Sequence record: DRR723986_697
Length of the DNA: 64,000 nucleotides
Strand: one strand, 5' to 3'
The notes beneath the pieces are model-generated. The model was not told where the DNA came from. It made no database searches and saw only the letters and a program-made list of their open reading frames with translations. How positions within the stretch are numbered: the first letter of the stretch is position 1; each line of letters begins with the position of its first letter. The position numbers and the translations under genes are program-made. This document shows, piece by piece, positions 56,926-64,000 of the stretch.

Positions 56926-58814
56926 TGTCTGACAATAATGACTTCACGCCGCGGATGGGGCGGATCCGGAACCAGGACGTCCATGACAATCCTCTGGCAA
57001 CATCGCGCGCTATGGTCCGGATCGTATCAGCCCCATCCTTGCGCGCCAGACCACTCGCGCCTGGCACAATAAGATATTTCGGGCGCGGCAAAGGCGCTGC
57101 CGCTGCCGCCAGGCTCTGGTCCCACACATATGGCAGGCGAGTGTTCATCAAGTTTCATATCGCCCGGTCAGGCCCTCAGCGCCATGCCGCATTTGCCAGA
57201 TATCTCTCCTACATCAAGCGCGACGGCACTGACCGCGATGGCTCAAGAAGCCCCATGTACAGCCAGTCAGATGAAGAGATCGGCGTGCGCGATTTCAACG
57301 CGCGCGCTCGCAATGATCCCCATCAGTTCAGGATCATCGCATCCCCGGAAGACTCAAATGAGATCAAAGACCTGACCGGTTTTACCCGCAAACTCATGGC
57401 TCAGGCGGGAAATGATCTTGGCACCAAGCTTGACTGGGTTGCCGTCAATCACTTCGACACAGAACAGCCCCACATTCATATCGTGTTGCGAGGCAAAGAT
57501 CTCTGTCACGATGATCTCTATATCGACGGGAAATACATCACTGAAGGTTTGCGCTACCGGGCAGAACGGATTGTTGCCAATTCACTGGGACCCAAGCGGT
57601 GGCGGGACATCACTGCGCTTCAGCTGAGAGACGTCTCGCGGAATGCATTCACATCAATAGATCGTGACTTCGAGGCGGCGCTGAGTAACGGCGCCCTGAA
57701 ACTGACCCAACCTGTAACCCGCTCGGAGCGCATCCTGGAAAATGTTTACGCCAAACGCCTCAAGCACCTGCAGATGCTGGGCCTTGCAAAGCAATTGTCG
57801 CCTGACACATGGCGCCTTGAAACCGGGTGGGCAGAAAGTCTGAAATCACTACGGCGCCACGAATATATCGAAAGAGCCCGGGGAAATACATTCGCAACTC
57901 ATCGAAGCGATATGGAAATGAGGCCCCCATCTGACATACTTCGGGCCGGAGAGACCATCACCGGACGGATCGTTGCGATCCTTCCGTCTGACGAACTTTC
58001 CAGCCGTATGAACCTCCTCATAGATGGGGTTGAAGGACGGCTGAAGCGGGTCATCCTTCCCGAAGGACGCATTGAAGACCTACCCGGAATCGGCGGCGTC
58101 CTCAGCGTTTCTGCGACCGCCAATCTCGTTGCTGACATCGACCAGACCCTTCTTGGGATTGCGAGACAGAATGGCGGTCTTTTTTCCACCCAACTGTTGC
58201 ATTCGCAGGGCCGCGATCTTTCGCCCATTAACGAGGTCGAATTTCGGAGAAGGCTGGAGGCGCTGAAACGCGCAGGGCTTGCCACGCCGGCCAGGGCAGA
58301 TGACTGGATTATTTCCGATGGTTTCGAGCCTATGGAGACAGGTCCAAAACTATCCATAAAGGTGCGGTCCTGGCTGCCGGTCAGTCAGCTTGCAGACCGC
58401 CGGGCTTTTACCTGGCTCGATGAAACAGATCCCCGACAATTTGCCGGTATCAAGCGCGGTTATGGCGCACATGTCAGACAAGCGCTTGACGCTCGAAAAG
58501 CCTGGCTTGAGCAACAGGGTCTCCCACGCCCAAGACCCGGCCTGCTTGATCATCAGGAATTGCAGGAGGCCCTTTCCGGCATGGCCGCAAGCAGAAACAA
58601 GACCATCGTGGACGATGCTGGAGCAAGCGTATTCCAGGGCGTTTATTCCGGGCATCTGGACCTCGCCCGGAGACGATTTGCGATCATGGAGAACACCCGG
58701 CAGATCATGGCAATACCCTACACAAGCGGACGGGCCTCATGGCAAGGACGACACATGGAAATCCGCCGATCGGGCAAATCCCTGGAATGGTCACTTGGAA
58801 GATCCCGCGGATAA
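56925..58814 (+). CDS. Relaxase (RlxS/VirD2-like, DUF3363-type)
   Basis: YIKRDG, FRIIASPED and LDWVAVNHFDTEQPHIHIVLRG (HUH) motifs; ends WSLGRSRG; TGATG coupling to traF. Confidence 0.9.
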   Translation: MSDNNDFTPRMGRIRNQDVHDNPLATSRAMVRIVSAPSLRARPLAPGTIRYFGRGKGAAAAARLWSHTYGRRVFIKFHIARSGPQRHAAFARYLSYIKRDGTDRDGSRSPMYSQSDEEIGVRDFNARARNDPHQFRIIASPEDSNEIKDLTGFTRKLMAQAGNDLGTKLDWVAVNHFDTEQPHIHIVLRGKDLCHDDLYIDGKYITEGLRYRAERIVANSLGPKRWRDITALQLRDVSRNAFTSIDRDFEAALSNGALKLTQPVTRSERILENVYAKRLKHLQMLGLAKQLSPDTWRLETGWAESLKSLRRHEYIERARGNTFATHRSDMEMRPPSDILRAGETITGRIVAILPSDELSSRMNLLIDGVEGRLKRVILPEGRIEDLPGIGGVLSVSATANLVADIDQTLLGIARQNGGLFSTQLLHSQGRDLSPINEVEFRRRLEALKRAGLATPARADDWIISDGFEPMETGPKLSIKVRSWLPVSQLADRRAFTWLDETDPRQFAGIKRGYGAHVRQALDARKAWLEQQGLPRPRPGLLDHQELQEALSGMAASRNKTIVDDAGASVFQGVYSGHLDLARRRFAIMENTRQIMAIPYTSGRASWQGRHMEIRRSGKSLEWSLGRSRG

Positions 58815-58941
58815 GAGGTCATTGTGCTCAAACGGCTGTCGCCGGCTTCCCGGGCCTTCCCCCGGTTTCCCGCTAATCCGGATATTCTGAAACAATCTGG
58901 CAATTAGACTGGACCTTCACCAAGGCCCTGCGAGCAATTCA

Positions 58942-60867
58942 TTGACCCCGACGAAATTCCTGATCGGTCAGTTCATGCTGACCTTGTTCCTTATTCTGAT
59001 CTCATTCTGGATTGCCACGCAATGGACGGCCGGCGCGTTGGGCTTTCAGCCCAGACTTGGTCCTCCGGCCGCCAATATCAACGGATACGCCATTTACCCG
59101 CCATGGCGCTTTTTCCAATGGTGGTATGCCTATGATGCCTATGCGCCGGATACTTTCGCCAAAGGCGGCATCATTGCCTCGCTTGGTGGGATTGCCGGCA
59201 TCGTGATGGCAGTTCTGGCCTCCCTGTGGCGAGCCAGGCAGGATCGGAATTCGTCAACCTATGGATCGGCCCGCTGGGCGGACGGAATGGATATCCAGCA
59301 CGCCGGTCTGCTGGTCCAGGATGGCGTGATGCTCGGTCGCCTGGGAAATCATTACCTTCGACATGACGGGGTGGAGCATATTTTTGCATTCGCCCCCACA
59401 CGGTCAGGCAAAGGTGTGGGCCTGGTGGTCCCGACCCTCCTGTCCTGGACGGGCAGCGCGATCATCCACGACCTGAAGGGTGAAAACTGGGCCCTGACCT
59501 CCAGATGGCGGTCGGAATTTTCCAGATGCATCCGGTTTGATCCGACCCGTCAGACAAGTTTGCGCTTCAATCCGCTTGCAGAAGTCCGGCTGGGCGCCCG
59601 GGAAGTCGGTGATGTCCAGAATATTGCAGACATGCTCGTGGATCCTGAAGGGGCGCTCGAAAGGCGCAATCACTGGGACAAGACGGCGCACGCCTTTCTC
59701 GTCGGCGCCATACTTCACATACTCTACGCCGGAAAAGACAAGACACTTGCAGGTCTGGCATCTCTCATATCTGATCCCGGCCGCTCTGTGGATGAAACGC
59801 TCGAATTCATGATGAGTGCAAACCATCTCGGCACACCTGAATTGCCGAGAACACATCCCGTTGTCGCTGAAGCGGCGCGTGAGCTTCTGAACAAATCTGA
59901 AAACGAAAAGTCTTCCGTCATATCGACTGCCATCAGCTATCTCGGCCTCTACCGGGATCCTGTCATTAAGCGTGCAACATCTGCTTCTGACTGGCAGATC
60001 TGCGATCTGTGCGAAGCGGATCGTCCTGCGTCTCTCTATCTGATTGTGCCCCCATCCGATCTTTCCCGAACCCGCCCCCTGATCCGGCTCATTCTCAACC
60101 AGATTGCCCGCCGGTTGTGTGAGGAGCTTCCGGCTCTGCCAGATCACCGGCACAAGGTCCTGCTGATGCTGGATGAGTTCCCGGCGCTCGGACGCCTGGA
60201 TTTTTTTGAAACCTCGCTCGCCTTCTTTGCAGGATATGGCGTCCGCGCCTTCCTTATTGCTCAGTCCCTGAACCAGGTGGAAAAAGCCTATGGGGACAAA
60301 AGCGCCATTCTCGACAATTGCCATATACGGATCGCCTTTGCGACAAATGACGAGCGGACGGCGAGGCGCATCTCCGACATGTTGGGAACCAAGACAGAAC
60401 AGCGCCACCAGCGCAATTATGCCGGACACAGACTGGCGCCATGGCTCAACCATGTGATGGTTTCCAGCCAGGAAACCCAGCGCGCACTTCTGACCCCCGG
60501 GGAGATCATGCAATTGCCGGACAATGATGCAATCATCATGATCGCAAGCACACCGCCCATTCGCGCCCGAAAACTCCGCTACTACCGGGACGAAAACCTG
60601 ATCGGGCGCGCCGGCGGGATCAAAATCGAAGATGAACCCGACGACTTTTCCTGGACCGGTTCGACCAGCCAGCCTTCCTCGGCGGAGACACCGGTCGCTG
60701 AAGGACGGGCGCATGTCTGTGATGTCTCAAGATCAGAGCCGCCTCCTCCGGAACACGATCCGGCGGAATCGGGCATGACGTCTCCAGGCCCTGCCCGTAA
60801 TCTCAAGGGCGTCCGGGAACAGATTGCCCGCTACTATCTGCACTTTGACGACGGACGAAAATTATGA
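58942..60867 (+). CDS. traG: Type IV coupling protein TraG/VirD4
   Basis: TYGSARWA, APTRSGKGVG and LMLDEFPALG motifs. Confidence 0.95.
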   Translation: MTPTKFLIGQFMLTLFLILISFWIATQWTAGALGFQPRLGPPAANINGYAIYPPWRFFQWWYAYDAYAPDTFAKGGIIASLGGIAGIVMAVLASLWRARQDRNSSTYGSARWADGMDIQHAGLLVQDGVMLGRLGNHYLRHDGVEHIFAFAPTRSGKGVGLVVPTLLSWTGSAIIHDLKGENWALTSRWRSEFSRCIRFDPTRQTSLRFNPLAEVRLGAREVGDVQNIADMLVDPEGALERRNHWDKTAHAFLVGAILHILYAGKDKTLAGLASLISDPGRSVDETLEFMMSANHLGTPELPRTHPVVAEAARELLNKSENEKSSVISTAISYLGLYRDPVIKRATSASDWQICDLCEADRPASLYLIVPPSDLSRTRPLIRLILNQIARRLCEELPALPDHRHKVLLMLDEFPALGRLDFFETSLAFFAGYGVRAFLIAQSLNQVEKAYGDKSAILDNCHIRIAFATNDERTARRISDMLGTKTEQRHQRNYAGHRLAPWLNHVMVSSQETQRALLTPGEIMQLPDNDAIIMIASTPPIRARKLRYYRDENLIGRAGGIKIEDEPDDFSWTGSTSQPSSAETPVAEGRAHVCDVSRSEPPPPEHDPAESGMTSPGPARNLKGVREQIARYYLHFDDGRKL

Positions 60868-61241
60868 ACCGACAAAACGGCGCCCGACTAGCTGTCTCCA
60901 TTTCGGAAACCAACCGGCAAAAGCTCGACCGGCTGGCGACAGAGCAAAATGTCGTCAGAGGCGCAGTTGTGGACGAAGCCCTGACCCTGCTTTTCCTGCC
61001 ACCCGCAGAGCGGCCGGAAGCAATCCTGACGCGGCAGATGTCACGAGTGGAAAAAGAGGTCGACCAGCTGAATGCGACGACCACATTCCTGACAGACCTG
61101 CTGATTGAATTCGTCTTCGAATGGCTGCGAAACCGGCCCGGTCCTAAACCCGCTGATCTGGCAGATGAGCGGGCCCGTGCTGAACTCGAAGACCTGATGC
61201 GCCGTGTGGTCGATCGCACATGTGAGGACATCAGCACCTGA
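60864..61241 (+). CDS. CopG/ribbon-helix-helix family protein
   Basis: N-terminal RHH pattern; conserved position after traG. Confidence 0.65.
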   Translation: MNRQNGARLAVSISETNRQKLDRLATEQNVVRGAVVDEALTLLFLPPAERPEAILTRQMSRVEKEVDQLNATTTFLTDLLIEFVFEWLRNRPGPKPADLADERARAELEDLMRRVVDRTCEDIST

Positions 61242-61377
61242 AGGAACCAGGCGTGAAACGAGCGGGTTGAAATCGCCATCACACAAAACAGGCCGGAAAG
61301 GCGTGTGACCTGCCAGACCTTTGAGGCAGAGCTCCGGCCATATTGCCTGCAATCCATCAGGGCTTACAGTGGGGGTC

Positions 61378-61890
61378 ATGAAAATCACGTCCTTGTTGCT
61401 GACCGCCCTGTTTCTCAGCGTCTGCCTGTCTGCTTGCTCAAACCAGGCTGAAAAGCCGTCTTCGCCAGTACCGGAGATGGACCGTCAGGCGGACATTGCC
61501 GGCACCGCCTCTGTGATTGATGGTGACACAATCGAAATCCACGGTCAGCGCATCCGCCTCTCCGGTTTTGATGCGCCCGAACGAGGCGCCAGGTGCGGCG
61601 CTATCAATGTCTACCAGAAAGCCTCTCTGGCGCTCGCCGACATGATTGGCATGCATACCGTGACATGTATGTCGCAAGGAACAGACCGCTACGGACGTAT
61701 TGTGGCGACATGCTCGGTAAACGGCGTCGACCTCGGACATGAACTGGTCCGGAAAGGCTGGGCGCGCGATTGGCCGCAATACAGTCAGCGCGCCTATGCA
61801 GAAGACGAGGTTTCAGCGCGCGCCGCGGCCAGGGGCATATGGGGACTGGACTGCCCGGATGATCTGTGGGGCGAACGAACCTATGACTGA
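61378..61890 (+). CDS. Thermonuclease (SNase) family lipoprotein
   Basis: Lipobox LSAC; VIDGDT, RIRL.GFDAPE, DRYGR and ARGIW motifs. Confidence 0.88.
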   Translation: MKITSLLLTALFLSVCLSACSNQAEKPSSPVPEMDRQADIAGTASVIDGDTIEIHGQRIRLSGFDAPERGARCGAINVYQKASLALADMIGMHTVTCMSQGTDRYGRIVATCSVNGVDLGHELVRKGWARDWPQYSQRAYAEDEVSARAAARGIWGLDCPDDLWGERTYD

Positions 61891-62064
61891 TCGTACCATT
61901 TCTTTCCTGCTCTGATTTTTATCGGTCTCGCCGCCTGACGGACGCACCGCGACCCGGTCCAACCTCCCTGTTCCCGCGACTTCCCGGGGTTCCATTCAAC
62001 ACCAACTGGTCACAGCGCACCACGACTGGAAAAGTCTCCTCATTGCCAATGAGGACCTCGCCCG

Positions 62065-63045
62065 TTGCCGTCTCCAGCCCAGCCTCCCGCAACCATCGCC
62101 CGGCATGCCTCCATGCTGCGCACGGCCTTTGCCGGACCTGTTCAGGCGGCGCTGGAAGCCAGCGACACGGTCGAAATCCTTGCCAATTCCGACGGATCGG
62201 TCTGGATCGAGCGGACCGGACACGGACTGGTTCGGGCGCCGGATTTTCTCGGCGCGCCCGAGCGGGAACGGATCATCCGCCTGGTCGCGTCATTTACGAA
62301 AGAGTCCTGTGATCACTCAAGCCCGATCATTTCGGCCGAACTCCCCCACACAGGAGAGCGGTTTGAAGGCATTCTTCCGCCCGTGTCGCAAGCGCCTTGT
62401 TTCGCAATACGCAAAGCGACTCAGGATCCGGTGCCCCTGGACCGTTACGAGCGGTCCGGCGCCATCTCTCCTGCACTTCTGACCGCGCTTCGCAAAGCCC
62501 TTCAGGAGCGGCTAAACATTGTCATCGCCGGAGGCACCTCTTCGGGAAAGACAACCTTTGCCAATGCCCTGCTCGCAGAGCATCTGCTGGTGGAAGATCG
62601 CATCGTCATTCTTGAGGATACGCGAGAGCTTCGCTGTATCGCTCCCAATGTCGCGCAATTGCGAACTCATAGGTCTTCTGTCACGCTTTGCGATCTCGTC
62701 CGGTCGACCATGCGCCTGCGACCGGACCGGATCATCGTCGGAGAGGTCCGTGGCGGAGAGGCCCTGGATCTCCTGAAGGCGTGGAATACCGGCCATCCCG
62801 GCGGGATCACGACGCTGCATGCCAATTCAGCCCATGGCGCCCTCATTCGCCTCGAGCATCTGGTCGCAGAAGCCACATCCGGACTTCCCTACGCATTGAT
62901 CGGCGAAGCCGTCGATGTCGTCGTCTTCATGTCACGCAGCTCAGGTGAGCGGCGGGTGGAAGAGGCCCTGCGGGTCCTGCGCTTTGACGAAGACGGATAC
63001 CACACCGAGCCACTCGTCGCCCCCAGCTTCACAATCGTTCAATAA
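62065..63045 (+). CDS. trbB: P-type conjugative ATPase TrbB
   Basis: GGTSSGKTT, LEDTREL, RLRPDRIIVGEVRG and WNTGHPGG motifs. Confidence 0.95.
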   Translation: MPSPAQPPATIARHASMLRTAFAGPVQAALEASDTVEILANSDGSVWIERTGHGLVRAPDFLGAPERERIIRLVASFTKESCDHSSPIISAELPHTGERFEGILPPVSQAPCFAIRKATQDPVPLDRYERSGAISPALLTALRKALQERLNIVIAGGTSSGKTTFANALLAEHLLVEDRIVILEDTRELRCIAPNVAQLRTHRSSVTLCDLVRSTMRLRPDRIIVGEVRGGEALDLLKAWNTGHPGGITTLHANSAHGALIRLEHLVAEATSGLPYALIGEAVDVVVFMSRSSGERRVEEALRVLRFDEDGYHTEPLVAPSFTIVQ

Positions 63046-63057
63046 GGAGATTTCCAG

Positions 63058-63390
63058 ATGCTCTATAAAACGGTCGACGCCATCCATCGCAGTCTTCAAT
63101 GCGGCCTCATCCTCACAAGTATCGCGCTGGTTGCTCCGCCAGCACATGCCGCAGGGTCCGGTATGCCCTGGGAAGGACCGCTTGATCAAATTCTTCAGTC
63201 CATTGAAGGCCCCGTTGCCCGGATCGTGGCAGTGATCATCATTACACTGACCGGCCTGACCCTCGCATTCGGTGAATCCTCTGGCGGTTTCCGCAAGCTT
63301 ATCCAGATCGTATTCGGTCTGTCGATCGCCTTTGCTGCGACCAGCTTTTTTCTGACTTTTTTCTCATTCGGCGGCGGCGCGCTGGTCTGA
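63058..63390 (+). CDS. trbC: Pilin precursor TrbC/VirB2
   Basis: MPWE.PL..IL.SIEGPVA and GGFR.LIQIVFGLSIAFAA motifs. Confidence 0.92.
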   Translation: MLYKTVDAIHRSLQCGLILTSIALVAPPAHAAGSGMPWEGPLDQILQSIEGPVARIVAVIIITLTGLTLAFGESSGGFRKLIQIVFGLSIAFAATSFFLTFFSFGGGALV

Positions 63391-63644
63391 TGGCAGAAGG
63401 GTACGAAATTCCGCTTCACCGGGCGATCGCGGAACCCATTCTTCTGGCGGGGGCCCCGAGAAGCGCAGCTATTGCGATCGGAACGCTCGCGGCAGTCCTC
63501 GCACTCGGCCTTCGCCTCTGGTTACCCGGGCTTGGCGTGTGGATCATGGGGCATTCTGCAGCGGTCTTTCTGGCGCGCCTCGATCCGGACTTCATGTTGG
63601 TTGCCCTTCGCTCCGCCCGTCACAGGGAGCACCTTTCATGCTGA
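63390..63644 (+). CDS. trbD: TrbD/VirB3
   Basis: PLHRA..EPILLAGAPR and DP.F motifs. Confidence 0.9.
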   Translation: MAEGYEIPLHRAIAEPILLAGAPRSAAIAIGTLAAVLALGLRLWLPGLGVWIMGHSAAVFLARLDPDFMLVALRSARHREHLSC

Positions 63645-64000
63645 ACCTTTCAGAGTACGCCACCAGGCCCCGCCTGCTTGCGGACTATTTGCCATGGGCC
63701 TGCCTGGTCGCACCCGGCATCGTGCTCAACAAGGATGGCTCTTTTCAGACGACGTTCCGCTATCGCGGCCCCGATCTTGAGAGTTCGACCGAAAGCGAAC
63801 TCGTTGCCACGACCGCGAGGGTCAATAATGTTCTGCGACGGTTCGGCAGCGGCTGGGCCTTGTTTTTTGAAGCCGCACGCCGACCGGCAGACGATTACGT
63901 CGAAGGCCGGTTCAACAATGCCTTTGCCTGGTTGGTGGATCAGGAACGCGGCGCCGCAACGCAAGAGAATACAGCGCGGTTTGAGAGCGACTATTTTCTG
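63638..64000 (+). CDS. trbE: TrbE/VirB4 (5' part, runs off the window)
   Basis: Manual translation from ATG 63638: MLNLSEY...LADYLPWA.LVAPGIVLNKDGSFQ...RGPDLESS. Confidence 0.93.
   Translation, partial: MLNLSEYATRPRLLADYLPWACLVAPGIVLNKDGSFQTTFRYRGPDLESSTESELVATTARVNNVLRRFGSGWALFFEAARRPADDYVEGRFNNAFAWLVDQERGAATQENTARFESDYFL

Larger units (their letters stand above)
34700..64000. mobile_element. ICE/genomic island of ICEMlSym/Tn4371-like type (partial; left boundary approximate, extends beyond window)
   Basis: fseA-like, rdfS-like, traF, relaxase, traG, RHH and trbBCDE genes plus accessory cargo; codon usage visibly shifts after about 34.9 kb; integrase and att sites not seen. Confidence 0.75.

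Noticed and set aside
58815-58941. oriT between the relaxase and traG
   Set aside because: Plausible location, but no recognisable nic motif or strong inverted repeat
1-64000. CRISPR arrays, tRNA/rRNA genes, integrase
   Set aside because: None recognised by eye in this window

Overview
GC-rich alphaproteobacterial DNA. The gene content and order resemble Hyphomonadaceae/Caulobacterales (an inference). About 1-34.7 kb is core chromosome: a PAS protein, mucR, an atypical MrpA-less Mrp antiporter operon, DUF2336, an MFS transporter, alr-mlaE-mlaF-(inserted gene)-radA-cvpA-purF-SDR-GNAT, a WYL regulator/GST pair, dcd, metZ, apaG, DsbA and M48 genes, an Fe3+ ABC transporter with a Fur-like box, thiO and an ABC-F ATPase. 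From about 34.7 kb to the window end lies an ICEMlSym/Tn4371-like integrative conjugative element or island. Its transfer genes are fseA-like, rdfS-like, traF, a relaxase, traG, RHH and trbBCDE. Its cargo includes luxR-luxI-phyH quorum sensing genes, two tandem C-protein/QseC-like regulators each with its own operator, hipBA, an IS3 remnant and a LysR/flavodoxin/cyclase/EamA/ABC block. The most notable signal is what looks like a lasso-peptide locus that has lost its biosynthetic genes. A TPR fragment is fused in frame to the C-terminal tail of a lasso cyclase-like protein, while the S9 isopeptidase-like enzyme, TonB-dependent receptor, FecR and ECF sigma remain intact. Also notable is an FseA-like activator encoded as one in-frame ORF. 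No integrase, tRNA, rRNA or CRISPR array is visible. All calls come from reading motifs by eye; no database searches were run.
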